A stretch of DNA of 64,000 bases from Mobula hypostoma (GCF_963921235.1 NC_086109.1:35094001-35158000); one strand, 5' to 3'; positions 24,350 through 37,509 are shown, counted from the stretch's first letter. A program made the numbers and translations. The notes: a model not told the origin generated them from the letters alone.

Positions 24350-25942
24350 CTAATGTAAGAGGTAAAAAGAGAGGGCATACAACAAAGCAAAAATTAGCAG
24401 GAAGATAGAAGATTGGGAAGCTTTTTAAAACCTACAGAGGACACCTAAAAGAATCATTAGAAAGAAAAGATGAAATCTGAAAGCAAGCTAGCAAACAATA
24501 TCAAACTGGAGAGTAAAAGCTTTTTCAAGTATGTAAAAAATAAAAGAGAGATGAGAGTGTATATAAGACTGCTAGAAAATGGGGTCAGAGAAATAATAAC
24601 AAGGGACAAGGAGATGGCAGATGAACTAAGTGAGTATTTTGCTTCAGTCTTCACTGTGGAAGACACTAGCAGTATGCCAGATGTTGTAGTATATGAGAAA
24701 GAAAAGTGAATGCAGTTACCATTACAAGGGAGAAGCTGAAAGACCTAAGGGTACACAAGTCACCGGATCAGATGGACTGCACCCTAGGGTTCTGCAAGAG
24801 GTACCGTTAACGATTGCAGAGACATTAGAAATGAGTTTTCAAATATCATCGGACTCTGGCCAGAGACTGGAAAATTGCACATGTCACTCCACTGTTTAAA
24901 AATGGAGGAAGGCAGCAGAAAGGAATTATAGACCAGTTAGCCTGACCTCAGTGGTTGGGAAGATGTTGGAGTCAATTGCTAAGGATGAGGTTATGGAGTA
25001 CTTGGTGACACGGGACAAGATAGGACAAAGTCAGCATGGTTTTCTTAGGGAAAATCTTGCTTGACAAACCTGTTGGAATTCTTTGAGGAGATTACAAGTA
25101 GGTCAGATAAAGGGGATGCAGTGGATGTTGTATATTTGGACTTTCAGAAGGCCTTTGACAAGGTGCCACATGTGGGGCTGGTTACCAAGTTAAGAGCCCA
25201 TAGTATTACAGGAAAAGTTATTAACATGGTTAGAGCATTGGCTGGTTGGTAGGAGGCAGTGAGTGGGAATAAAATGGATCCTTTTCTGGTTGGCTACCAG
25301 TGATTAGTGGTGTTCCACAGGGGTTCGTGTTGGGACCGCTTCTTTTGATGCTGTATATAAATAATTTAGATGAAGGAATAGCCAAGTTTGCAGATGATAA
25401 GAAGATTGGTGAAGGGGCAGGTAGTGTTGAAAAACAAGTAAGCTGCAGAAGGATTTAGACAGATTAGGAGAATGGGCAAGAAAGAAGCAAATGAAATACA
25501 ATTTTAGAAAAAGCATGGTCAACAGAAATAGATGTGCAGACTATTTCCTAAATGAGGAGAAAATCCAAAAATCTGAGATGCAAAGGGACTTTGCAGGTTG
25601 AATGGGTGGCGAGGAAGGCAAAGACAATGTTAGCATTCATTTCAAGTGGTCTAGAATACAAGAGCAGGGGTGCAATGCTGAAGCTTTATAAGGCACTGGT
25701 GAGACCTCACCTTGAGTATTGTGCTTCTCATCTAAGAAAAGATGTGCTGGCATTGGAGAGGGTCCAGAGGAGGTTCACAGCGATGATTCCGGAATGTTTA
25801 ATGACTCTGGGTCTGTACTCACTGGAATTTAGAAGGATAAGGAAGGATCTCTTTGAAACCTTTTGAACGTTGAAAGGCTTAGACAGAGTAAATGGGGAAA
25901 GTCATGGTGGGGGAGTCTAAGACAAGAGGGCACAGGCTCAGG
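24350..25942 (+). mobile_element. Decayed CR1 LINE, 5' part (continues at 29110)
   Basis: YFASVFT, YLDFQKAFDKVPH and LYKALVRPHLEYC fragments. The sequence cacaggctcaggatag|agggacgtccatttaaaacagag is continuous across the nested insertion. Confidence 0.88.
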
Positions 25943-28900
25943 ATAGAAACATAGAAACATAGAAAATAGGTGCAGGAGTAGGCCATTCGGCCCTTTGAAC
26001 CTGCACCGACATTTATTATGATCATGGCTGATCATCCAACTCAGAACCCCGTCCCAGCATTCCTTCCATACCCCCTGACCCCCGTAGCCACAAGGGCCAT
26101 ATCTAACTCCCTCTTAAATATAGCCAATGAACTGGCCTCAACTGTTTCCTGTGGCAGAGAATTCCACAGATTCACCACTCTCTGTGTGAAGAAGTTTTTC
26201 CTAATCTCGGTCCTAAAAGGCTTCCCCTCTATCCTCAAACTGTGGCCCCTCTTTCTGGACTTCCCCAACATCGGGAACAATCTTCCTGCATCTAGCCTGT
26301 CCAATCCCTTCAGGATTTTATACGTTTCAATCAGATCCCCCCTCAATCTTCTAAATTCCAATGAGTACAAGCCCAGTTCATCCAGTCTTTCTTCATATGA
26401 AAGTCCTGCCATCCCAGGAATCAATCTGGTGAACCTTCTTTGTACTCCCTCTATGGCAAGGATGTCTTTCCTCAGATTAGGGGACCAAAACTGCACACAA
26501 TACTCCAGGTGTGGTCTCACCAAGGCCTTGTACAACTGCAGTAGTACCTCCCTGCTCCTGTACTCGAATCCTCTTGCTATAAATGCCAGCATACCATTCG
26601 CCTTTTTCACCGCCTGCTGTACCTGCATGCCCACTTTCAATGACTGGTGTATAATGACACCCAGGTCTCGTTGCACCTCCCCTTTTCCTAATCGGCCACC
26701 ATTCAGATAATAATCTGTTTTCCTATTTTTGCCACCAAAGTGGATAACTTCACATTTATCCACATTAAATTGCACCTGCCATGAATTTGCCCACTCACCC
26801 AACCTATCCAAGTCACCCTGCATCCTCTTAGCATCCTCCTCACAGCTAACACTGCCACCCAGCTTCGTGTCATCCGCAAACTTGGAGATGCTGCATTTAA
26901 TTCCCTCATCCAAGTCATTAATATATATTGTAAACAACTGGGGTCCCAGCACTGAGCCTTGCGGTACCCCACTAGTCACCGCCTGCCATTCTGAAAAGGT
27001 CCCGTTTATTCTCACTCTTTGCTTCCTGTCTGCTAACCAATTCTCCACCCACACCAATACCTTACCCCCAATACTGTGTGCTTTAAGTTTGCACACTAAT
27101 CTCCTGTGTGGGACCTTGTCAAAAGCCTTTTGAAAATCCAAATATACCACATCCACTGGTTTTCCCCTATCCACTCTACTAGTTACATCCTCAAAAAATT
27201 CTATGAGATTCGTCAGACATGATTTTCCTTTCACAAATCCATGCTGACTTTGTCCGATCATTTCACCGCTTTCCAAATGTGCTGTTATCACATCCTTGAT
27301 AACTGACTCCAGCAGTTTCCCCACCACCGACGTTAGGCTAACCGGTCTATAATTCCCCGGTTTCTCTCTCCCTCCTTTTTTAAAAAGTGGGGTTACATTA
27401 GCCACCCTCCAATCCTCAGGAACTAGTCCAGAATCTAACGAGTTTTGAAAAATTATCACTAATGCATCCACTATTTCTTGGGCTACTTCTTTAAGCATTC
27501 TAGGATGCAGACCATCTGGCCCTGGGGATTTATCTGCCTTCAATCCCTTCAATTTACCTAACACCACTTCCCTACTAACATGTATTTCGCTCAGTTCCTC
27601 CATCTCACTGGACCCTCTGTCCCCTACTATTTCTGGAAGATTATTTATGTCCTCCTTAGTGAAGACAGAACCAAAGTAATTATTCAATTGGTCTGCCATG
27701 TCCTTGCTCCCCATAATCAATTCACCTGTTTCTGTCTGTAGGGGACCTACATTTGTCTTTACCAGTCTTTTCCTTTTTACATATCTATAAAAGCTTTTAC
27801 AGTCAGTTTTTATGTTCCCTGCCAGTTTTCTCTCATAATCTTTTTTCCCCTTCCTAATTAAGCCCTTTGTCCTCCTCTGCTGAACTCTGAATTTCTCCCA
27901 GTCCTCAGGTGAGCCACTTTCTCTGGCTAATTTGTATGCTTCTTCTTTGGAATTGATACTATCCCTAATTTCTCTTGTCAGCCACGGGTGCACTACCTTC
28001 CTCGATTTATTCTTTTGCCAAACTGGGATGAACAATTGTTGTAGTTCATCCATGCAACCTTTAAATGCTTGCCATTGCATATCCACCGTCAATCCTTTAA
28101 GTGTCATTTGCCAGTCTATCTTAGCTAATTCACGTCTCATACCTTCAAAGTTACCCCTCTTTTAAGTTCAGAACCTTTGTTTCTGAATTAACTATGTCAC
28201 TCTCCATCTTAATGAAGAATTCCACCATATTATGGTCACTCTTACCCAAGGGGCCTCTCACGACAAGATCGCTAATTAACCCTTCCTCATTGCTCAAAAC
28301 CCAGTCCAGAATACCCTGCTCTCTAGTTGGTTCCTCGACATGTTGGTTTAAAAACCATCCCGCATACATTCCAAGAAATTCTCTTCCTCAGCACCTTTAC
28401 CAATTTGGTTCACCCAGTCTACATGTAGATTGAAGTCACCCATTATAACTGCTGTTCCTTTATTGCACACATTTCTAATTTCCTGTTTAATACCATCTCC
28501 GACCTCACTACTACTGTTAGGTGGCCTGTACACAACTCCCACCAGTGTCTTCTGCCCCTTAGTGTTACGCAGCTCTACCCATATCGATTCCACATCTTCC
28601 CGGCTTATGTCCTTCCTTTCTATTGCGTTAATCTCTTCTTTAACCAGCAACGCCACCCCACCTCCCCTTCCTTCATGTCTATCCCTCCTGAATATTGAAT
28701 ATCCCTGAACGTTGAGCTCCCATCCCTGGTCACACTGGAGCCATGTCTCTGTGATCCCAAATATATCATAATCATTAATAACAATCTGCACTTTCAATTC
28801 ATCCACCTTATTACCAATGCTCCTTGCATTGACACACAAAGCCTTCAGGCGCTCTTTTACAACTCTCTTGGCCCTTATACAATTATGTTGAAAAGTGGCC

Positions 28901-29109
28901 CTTTTTAATGCTTGCCCTGGATTTGTTGGCCTGCCACTTTTACTTTTCTCCTTAGTACTTTTTGCTTCTACCCTCACTTTACACCCCTCTGTCTCTCTGC
29001 ACTGGTTCCCATCCCCCTGTTGTGAACTAACCTCCTCACGCCTAGCCTCTTTAATTTGATTCCCACCCCCCAACCATTCTAGTTTAAAGTCACCTCAGTA
29101 GCCCCCGCT
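25943..29109 (-). mobile_element. Young 5'-truncated CR1 LINE with near-complete ORF2 (APE endonuclease + RT)
   Basis: ORF 28348-29073 has VNARSI, GITETWL, GGGVALLVK, YRPP and MGDFN. ORF 26041-28140 has YRPVSLTS, YLDFQKAFDKVPH, GVPQGSVLGP and FADD. There is a (GTTTCTAT)n 3' tail at ~25943-25965. It splits an older CR1. Confidence 0.95.
26041..28140 (-). CDS. CR1 ORF2 reverse transcriptase region (699 aa open)
   Basis: Intact RT motifs in the ORF track, separated from the endonuclease part by two 1-nt frameshifts. Confidence 0.85.
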   Translation of the reverse strand: MRRELAKIDWQMTLKGLTVDMQWQAFKGCMDELQQLFIPVWQKNKSRKVVHPWLTREIRDSINSKEEAYKLARESGSPEDWEKFRVQQRRTKGLIRKGKKDYERKLAGNIKTDCKSFYRYVKRKRLVKTNVGPLQTETGELIMGSKDMADQLNNYFGSVFTKEDINNLPEIVGDRGSSEMEELSEIHVSREVVLGKLKGLKADKSPGPDGLHPRMLKEVAQEIVDALVIIFQNSLDSGLVPEDWRVANVTPLFKKGGREKPGNYRPVSLTSVVGKLLESVIKDVITAHLESGEMIGQSQHGFVKGKSCLTNLIEFFEDVTSRVDRGKPVDVVYLDFQKAFDKVPHRRLVCKLKAHSIGGKVLVWVENWLADRKQRVRINGTFSEWQAVTSGVPQGSVLGPQLFTIYINDLDEGIKCSISKFADDTKLGGSVSCEEDAKRMQGDLDRLGEWANSWQVQFNVDKCEVIHFGGKNRKTDYYLNGGRLGKGEVQRDLGVIIHQSLKVGMQVQQAVKKANGMLAFIARGFEYRSREVLLQLYKALVRPHLEYCVQFWSPNLRKDILAIEGVQRRFTRLIPGMAGLSYEERLDELGLYSLEFRRLRGDLIETYKILKGLDRLDAGRLFPMLGKSRKRGHSLRIEGKPFRTEIRKNFFTQRVVNLWNSLPQETVEASSLAIFKRELDMALVATGVRGYGRNAGTGF

Positions 29110-29368
29110 ATAGAGGGACGTCCATTTAAAACAGAGCTGCGGATAAATTTCTTTTGCCAGAGGGTGGTGAATTTGTTACCACATACAGCTGTGGAAGCCA
29201 GGATGTTGGATGTATTTAAGGCAGAGATTGATAGGTGTTTCATTGGACATGGCATCAAAGTTTACAGGGAGAAGGCTGTTAAATGGGGTTAAGGAGGAGA
29301 AGAAAGGTTCGGCCATGATAGAATGAGCCGAATGGCCTAATTCTGCTTCTATGTCTTATGCTCTTATG
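29110..29368 (+). mobile_element. 3' end of the decayed CR1 split by the young CR1
   Basis: agagggtggtgaatttg...atggcctaattctgcttctatgtcttatg, the CR1 3' terminus seen in other copies in this window. Confidence 0.85.
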
Positions 29369-31099
29369 GAGTGCTTGCCAATCAGTGCAGGCAGTGTACT
29401 AAAGTGCCTGGTTCCATGCTGAGTGCTCTATGATTCTAAACTTTGCAGGACAAAAGCTGTATAGCTTATTTTATTTTCCTGGAACAAAAATGACTCTACT
29501 GAGGTCTGTGGACAGTTTTTAAGTACGGACAGTTTCCCTACAAATAATGCTCCCTCATTACGTGTTAAACACTCAAATCCAACAGATCATTAAAAAAAAA
29601 CTATGATGTTGAAATTGGGCCAGTCTGTCATGTGATTAGTTGGGTTTTCAACTTGTTAAGATGTTGCAAATGTCTAAAATCTGCAGCGCACTTGCAGGAA
29701 AAGAAAAATCAAAATCCTTAGAAAAAAATAACTGAAACATACTTGAATATTTCTCAGTGAAGGATGCTTCTGCATTTTTGAGCAGCCCAATTAATCACAA
29801 CTAGGCTTTTTGTTCCTGGTGTCTCAGGAAATGCTGTCATCCTCCAGGGATCTGGTATTTTATGAATATTCTCCTGTCCGTTCAATGTACTGCAGCAGTC
29901 CATGTAGAAGCCGATTTCTTAATTTTTCATCACTTCCTCCCCATCCCACTCCATTTACAGTTCCACAAACTACAACACACTTCCCCAGTTCAAGATACAA
30001 AATGGAGCAAGTTGTTAAAATGTCATTCATTTGGTGATTTAATGATTTAAAGATAACATTTCAACTTCTGAGATGATTGATTGGCAAATTGTCTCACTGC
30101 CTGGCAAGCTAAGTCAATGAGTTGGGAAGCCTTTCCAAATGCAGTCTTCTTATTTATGAAAGGTGGATGTCACCACAAATGGAATATCCTGATGACCTTT
30201 GCTTGATACGTTCTGCTGTAAGTCACAAGGGTTTTGCTTATAGAACAGAGTCAAAGTCTTGATTGATGAGATGGTGGTTGATGGAATAGTAAGCTGTGGG
30301 ATGAGGAAAAGGTGACAACAATCTAATGATTTCATGGAATTCAGGGCACTAATTTTGTTCTTCAAAATATTATTTAAAGCTTGCCTTTTTTTGGTGGAAT
30401 GATTATCTTATTTGATTTTCTAATCCAAGTTCAAACAGTGTTGCAAGTAAATATATAACATTTTGAATTCATGCAAAACCTTCCACAAATTAAAGTAATC
30501 CCGAAGAACTTTATATCTAATAAGGTTCTAGAATGAAGGAAATGAGAGCAAACTAGTACACAACTATCTCCCATAAACAGATAATGCAGATCAGCAATAA
30601 ATATTGGACAACTATGGATACCATGAGAAACAGTCCTGTTTCTCTGTGAAAAATCAATGTGTGAACCTTCACAACTGCCTGAGAGATTTGCAGTGGTCTC
30701 AATGTAGTATTTCAAGCCACTGGCTGCGTAGCATTCTCACAAATTAGATGTATTATTTGTAGCTCACATAATTCCTCGTTCAAAATGTTTGTTGATCCCA
30801 ATTATTACTGGAAATTGTAAGGTAAATTTATACCCATTAACAGCAATTTGAGCAAGTTTATTTTTATATTTCTGGAAAAACAAAGAAGGAAATCTACACT
30901 GAAATAATAAACATTGCTGACTGGATGTCTGATTCAGAGCAAGCAATAGGAGTGTTATTTTAAAAAATTTTTAAAGTGGTAATATAATTATTATACTTAA
31001 CACTCAATAAGCTGTGAAACACAGACCTCTAGGGGAAAAATATTCTAAAATCATGGTGACCCTGCAAAATTCTAACCCTCCCCAACAACGCTAAGAAAA

Positions 31100-32400
31100 C
31101 CGGCTGCAAGGATTTTGGTCCTCCTCAGGCTCAGGTTTAAACCCGTCCTTTTTGTACATTTCATACGTTGCCTAAAAGAGATCCTAAAGATGCAAAAATC
31201 TGAAACCCTTCTCCTGCACCAATTCCCCAGCCCCACATTCATCCGGCAAATTATCCTGTTCTTATGCTCACTGGCACATTACGTAGGCAGCACTACAGAG
31301 ATTACTACCCTGGAGGGTCTGCTTTTGAGTTTTCTGCCTAACTCCCTGTATTCTCCTTTTCCTACCTATGCTGTTGGTAACAATATGTACCACAACTTCC
31401 AACTGTTCACTCTCCTCACTTAGAATGCCGTATGCCTGACCCGAGACATCCCTGACTCTGGCACCTGCGAGGCAACATGTCATCTGGGAGTCTCTGTCAC
31501 ATTCACAGAATATGCTGTTTGCTACTCTAATTATGAAATCCCCCGTGCTACAACACGCCTCTTCTCCTCCTTTCCTTCTGAGCCACAGAGCCTGACTCAG
31601 TGCCAGAGATCTTTTTACTCCGACTTGCCGCGAGTAGGTTGTCCCCTCCTCCCCCCCAACAGTATTCAAAGCTGTATACTTATTATTGAGGTGAACAGCC
31701 AGAGGGGTACAGCCTATTCCCCTTCCCTCTCCTGACAGGCACCCAGGTACCTGCCTGCTGCAATTTAGGGATGATTACCTTTCTGTATCTCCTGTCTATC
31801 ATTTGTCTGTTGTGTGCTGTGTTGCATGACACGGGCAGTCATGGTCTTTCCATGACCACGATAGTTTTTGGCAAATTTTTCTACAGAAGTGATTTGTCAT
31901 TGCCTTCTCCTGGGCAGTGTCTTAACAAGACGGGTGACCCCAGCCATTATCAGTAGTCTTCTGGGATTGTCTGCCTGGCATCAGCGGTCACATAACCAGG
32001 ACTTGTGATATGCACCAGCTACTCATACAAGCATCCACAACCTGCTCCAGTGGCTTCATGTGACCCTGATTGGGGGGCTAAGCAGGTGTAGAATCCTGTG
32101 CAAAGCATTACTTGCAGCTGAGCAGAGGGAAGGCGTGTCTTATACCTCCTTTTGTAGAGGTCTATCGCCATCCTACTCTATCTGTCACCTCCTCATTTTC
32201 CCATATGAGCTGAAGGTTATCCAGGTGCAGCTCCAGTTTCTTACAACAGTCTCTAAGGAGCTGAAGCTCGGAGCACTTCATGTAGATGTAGTTATCAGGG
32301 AGGCTGGAGGTTTCACAAAGTTCCTGTATCGCACACAAGGAACATAGCACTGAACCCATTCTCAGTGCACTAATTATGTACTAACAGAAAAAAGAAAAAC
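31100..32400 (-). mobile_element. Decayed CR1 5' region (ORF1, esterase-like), interrupted by another repeat
   Basis: GDFIIR, CCLAGARVRDV and VVVHIVTNSIG resemble the SGNH esterase of CR1 ORF1. SLPDNYI..KC.ELQLL is the ORF1 N-terminal part. Confidence 0.7.
31800..32175 (-). mobile_element. RTE/BovB-related short element
   Basis: Minus strand gaaggcaatgacaaatcacttctg resembles the BovB GAAGGCAATGGCAAACCAC motif. A second copy lies at 36480-36805. Confidence 0.6.
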
Positions 32401-32759
32401 TAGAAATTTTACTTAGAACATCTGCTTGTGCTTACCCTTGCCTGTTCTCACTGAAGGCTGTTGAGCAAAAGCCTGGGCACTCTAACACTGTTGGCTCACA
32501 CAATGGCCGCTCTGCTTATATTGCACTTCTCTTTACTGGCCCCTGCTAAGTGCCTAATAGATCATTATGATTGCAGCCCACCAATAATCCCCGAAAGCTC
32601 CAGAGTTCTTCTTAAACCTCGCAGTATGTCTCCATCGGCCGACCTCTCGTGCTGTTTGCACCCTTGTCACAGCTCATATACAGAATTAGTGTTGACCTTC
32701 CTTCGTGCAGTTTGCTGCTGTTGTAGTTTGATATGATGTGCTATCTTGATTAATATCAA

Positions 32760-33379
32760 TTGCATAGTCTGTTAAAAGCAGCATTGTGGGTAGACAGGGT
32801 TATGGAAATTGTGTTTAGCCTGTATTTAGTCTGGGCTCTGAGTATCGGAGGAGTTGGGGACATTTTGTTGCAGTTGCATAAGTTGTGGCAAGGCAGCACT
32901 TGGAGTATTGTGTACAACTATGGTCTCTGTATTACAGACAAAATACATTGTTAAACTGGAAAGAGTGCAGAGAAAATTTATAAAGTTGTTGTTAGTACCT
33001 GAAGGCCTGAGTTATGGTGAGAGATTGGCCAGACAAAGTATTCATCCTTTGGAACATATGGAAATGATCTTATAGAAGAGATTGAAATTATAGACATGCA
33101 TAAGATAGATGGTAACAGATTTACCCCTCAGAGTAGGAGATTCCAGATTGAGTGGGTATAGGTTAAGGATAAAAGACGAAAAGAGGAACATTTGAAAGAT
33201 ACCTGAAAGATGTTTTTTCATGTAGAAGGTGGTGAATATATGGAAAGGGCTACCAGAGGAAGTGGTTGGGAGAGGTACAGTAGCATCATTTAAGAAGCAC
33301 TTGGACTGGTATATGGAAGGGCAGGGCTTTGGGTGATTGAGCTGAAACCAGGAATTGGGCCCCTGTGTGCTCCCATGGT

Positions 33380-33416
<37 letters not shown>

Positions 33417-34415
33417 CGCACGCGCGCTGTATTGCTCAATGACCAACAATAGTGAAATAACTCCAGATCTAGGAATGACAAATATCACCTTAATTGACAT
33501 AATGTCTGATGGCTTGATAACATGTACTTACCCATAGTACATTCCCAAGCTTGAAGCACTATTATTAAGCACTATTTCCTTTGAGGAAATAACAGGCAAG
33601 ATAGAAAAAGGAGAGTCAGTGGATGTTGTCTATTTGGATTTTCAAAAGGCATTTGACAAGGTGCCGAACAAGAGGCTGCTAAACAAGGTAAGAGTTCGTG
33701 TATGACAGGAAAGATACCAGCAAGGATAACTTGTAGGTTGAGTTGGTGGTAAGGAATGGTAGTGCAAAGTTAGCATTCATTTCAAGAGGATTAGAATATA
33801 AGAGCAAGGATGCAATGCTGAGGCTTTATAAAGCATTGGTTAGACTGAACTTGGAGTATTGTGAGCAGTTTTGGGCCTCTTATCTAAGAAAAGATGTGCT
33901 GGCATTGGAGAAAGACCAGATGAAGTTCACAAGAATGATACTGGAAATGAAAGGGTTAACATATGATTCCATGAATATGGGTTAACGTATAGCGTTTGAT
34001 GGTTCTATGCTTGTACTTGCTAGAGCTTAGAAGAATGAGGGATTGGAAGACCTCATTGAAACCAACTGAATATTGAAAGGTTTTGATAGCGTCTACGTGG
34101 GGTGGATATTTCTTGTAGTGAGTGAGCCTAGGATGAAAGAGCACAGCCTTAGACCAGAGGGACATCCATTTAGAACAGAGGTGGGGAGGAATTTCTTTAG
34201 TAAATCTGTGGAATTCATTGCCATGGGCAACTATGGAGACGAAATCATTGAGTATTTTTTCCGCAAAGGATGATAGTTTCTTGAGTAGTCAGTGCGTCAA
34301 ATGTAATGGTGAGAAGGCAAGAGAATTGGATTGTGAGGGATAATAAACCAGTCATGATGGAATGGCAGAGTAGCCTGGATAGGTGGAATGACCTATTTCT
34401 GCTCCTATGTCTTAT
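32760..34415 (+). mobile_element. Two decayed CR1 3' fragments separated by a (TG)n tract
   Basis: KLERVQRKF and LYKALVRLNLEYC fragments, a CR1 3' end near 34400, and (TG)n at ~33382-33413. Confidence 0.8.
33382..33413. repeat. (TG)n microsatellite
   Basis: Directly visible. Confidence 0.95.
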
Positions 34416-34593
34416 TAAATTTTGAGCAAATGGTGGTAGGAAATTGTAAGTATAATTTGTATTTAAAATCCGGTGATTTTTTTTATTGGCTATCATAATT
34501 ATGATTAGACCTTGGAGCAAGAAATAAACACACAATTGAGTGAATACTCAAGGTCTATGTTTCCATTTACTGCATGTGTTTTCTTTGTTACAG

Positions 34594-34810
34594 ATTCCTC
34601 AGATAAGCTATGCATCCACAGCCCCAGAGCTCAGTGACAACAGCAGGTACGACTTCTTCTCTCGTGTGGTCCCATCTGACACCTTTCAGTCACAGGCCAT
34701 GGTTGATATTGTCAAAGCATTACGATGGAATTATGTTTCTACTCTTGCTTCTGAAGGAAGCTATGGAGAGAGTGGAGTGGAAGCCTTCATACAGAAATCA
34801 CGGGAAGACG
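34594..34810 (+). CDS. GRM4: Internal coding exon of a group III metabotropic glutamate receptor (Venus flytrap domain), best match mGluR4
   Basis: Pyrimidine tract plus cag acceptor (34591-34593) and gtcagt donor (34811). The 217 nt encode [72 protein letters not shown](G). From memory, [16 protein letters not shown] and [10 protein letters not shown] fit GRM4 better than GRM7/GRM8. Confidence 0.92.
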
Positions 34811-35631
34811 GTCAGTATTCTTTATCATTGACTATCAGCAAAACTATATAAAAGTGAGCATCTGGTTTAAAATAAATGCTTGTTAGCCACCTTTCAACTG
34901 AGAAGATAAAGCCTTTTATTTTCTATGAAATGCACTGATTTAACAGCCAAAGAGAGTTAAACACAAAATGAAGTATAAGAAATGAATCAACAGTGAATAC
35001 CACTTGTAAAAAATTGCCACATCAGAAAGAAAAGCAAGTTATTGTATTCAGTCCAGCAAGTTAAACACATATCACTGCAACAATTGTACAATTCTGAAGA
35101 TGTGAGACGCAGAGTATCTTTCTACTATACAAATTACCTACTTCCGAACTGTGAGTGAATTACTATTTAGGAGATACAGATATTGTAATCTGATTGTACA
35201 TTCATTCAAACCAGTTCAAATTTAGACATGAAGGACATTTTATTTCTTGAGCAATGAAAAGTAGAATTGTGAAATTGTGATTTAATATGCGATTAAGATT
35301 TATCTAACATATCAGGCCAAAATATTCACCTGCCTGGTCAGAGGCAGACAGGCAACCAAATGGAAGATCCTTGGATGGATATTGTATTGGCTTTACTTTA
35401 AGTTAATGAACTCTTAGTGAATAATTATAAGTTGAAATGAAGTTAGATGATTGTTGGATGACATAAGCTGCGCGTAACTTAATAAGCAGTATTGATAGTA
35501 GTGGCTTTGAAGGCACCACATCATATTTACATTTGATTCTGCAGAATGATGTGCCATATTGTCTTGTGTATTGTATTATTGTTATATGCTTTTATAATTA
35601 TATTCACAAAATACTTTTTGCATATTATTAT

Positions 35632-36468
35632 TGAAACCCCCTTTTATTGGGCATCTCTGGAAATATGGCTTGTTAGCCCCTCGCTAACAGGCACTGGACT
35701 CTGCAGCGAGAAACACACCTTTCTTGGGTTTTGTATGTCCAGGGTGTACATTTTTGGTCCCGCCAGATCCCTGAGGTTGAGATGTTTTACCCACTCAGAT
35801 CCTGGTTTGTGTGAATGCTGTGTGAGTTACTGCCCCTGGTAACTGCCTATCAACAAGAAATAACAGATCGTACACTGTATACAATTATAAAAAAAGTATA
35901 TTTAAGAATGTTAACCTAAGCAAACAGTTATTAAACAAAAGAAAGAAAAAAAAAACAAAATAGGCCCATTATTCTTAAACAGTCAAATGCGCACTTAAGT
36001 TGGAGCTCATCTTGAACTTGTCTGTCACTCAGGCGATAGACCCTTAGTCTGCGTGAAACCACACACCACCTTCCAAATGTTGCTCGAAATCCATCTCGAA
36101 CAAATGGGTCTCCCACGGGAGTATTGGTCCTTCCTCCTTGAAGCCTTTCATCTGCACAAAGCACCTTGTGCAACAGGGATGTCAACCTCAGCTATTTTCC
36201 CTCCTGACTATTCCCAGCTCCTGTCAAAAAAAAGAGACCTTGACCCACACCAGTGTCCCTCACAGAACTTCTCTGCACAGCGTTCTCCCGAACCGTCTCC
36301 CAACTCCACCATCCTGACTGGCTGACACCATAATCCTTAGCTGAACAACAAACCCCTTTATCTCAGCTCAAACTGAAACAGGCTGAAAGCACTACAGACT
36401 GCTCTTACAGAACTGCTAAAATAAAATACCTACAGCATAGCAGTAACAATCTTAACTAGAGCGTTACA
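35632..36468. mobile_element. Probable solo LTR
   Basis: Termini tgaaac...gttaca with a 4-bp TSD ttat. Confidence 0.55.
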
Positions 36469-36479
36469 TTATGGTTCCT

Positions 36480-36805
36480 CATCATCATTATGTGCTGTGT
36501 CATATGACATAGGCAATCATGACCATGATTGTTCTTGTCAAATTTTTCAACAGAAGTGGTTTGTCATTGCCCTTCTTTAGGCAATGTGTTTACAAGACAG
36601 CTGACCCCAGCCATTAACAATACTCTTAAGAGGTTGTCCACCTGATGTCAGTGGTTGCATAACCACCTGCTCCTATGGCTTCACATGACCCTGATCAGGG
36701 GGCTAGCAGATGCTAACACCTATCCCAAGGGTGACCTGCAGGCTAGCAGAAGGAAAGAGTGCCTTACACCTCCTTTGGTAGAGACATATCTCCATCCTGC
36801 CACCC
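36480..36805 (-). mobile_element. RTE/BovB-related short element (second copy)
   Basis: cagaagtggtttgtcattgcc..tgaccccagccatt..acatgaccctgat aligns with 31800-32175. Confidence 0.6.
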
Positions 36806-37509
36806 AATTATTATGGTTAGGCTTTGCTTTTTTGTGCACTCCAATCCAACAGAAACAAGAAGGAGGGGAGTTAATATATTGTGTCACAATTGTAATAAGA
36901 GAGTAGTGCACAGTGTACAAATCCAATTTCAGTGTTTTTGATGAGGGAAAAAGAAATGAAAATTACTTGGTGTATGTAACAGTCAATAATGTCATTTGGC
37001 AGTAGAGACAGAGTTTTGCTCATCTCTTCCAGCAAACAATATTTTATATGTTGTTGAGTTTGCTCCATCTTACTTTGTGCATCATTGTAGTGAACGTGAA
37101 GCATGAGAATCCAGAAATGATTGCTTATTCCCTCAGTACCAGATACAATAAAAGAAACCATGTTACATACAGAATGCATCTGACTGCTCAGCTCATCTTG
37201 CTCGTGCTCTCAGTGAAGCTTATGTAACACCAATGAAGGAATATTTTTTGCACTCACTGTGTCTTGTTTATAGATACAATAAAACCTGTTTTAAGTTGTA
37301 TTAGTGCATACTATATACATATTTATACTATTGTTATGGATGTTCATTATCCTCATTATCTCCAGAATTATACAGAAATGTCTGTCTCCGCATGGATTTC
37401 CTTTTAAAAGTCCATTTATTGCAATTGCGTGAGTAGAAATGTTGGATAAGCCAATGTGTTTTCCAGATGGGTTGCATTTGCACTTTGTATATTTTGATCC
37501 GACTTACTT

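Noticed and set aside
26018..27133. Plus-strand ORFs of 230 and 134 aa
   Set aside because: Antisense shadows of the CR1 RT frame.
34540..34851. 103-aa ORF as a standalone gene
   Set aside because: Only 34594-34810 is receptor-like. The flanks are intron read-through bounded by canonical splice sites.
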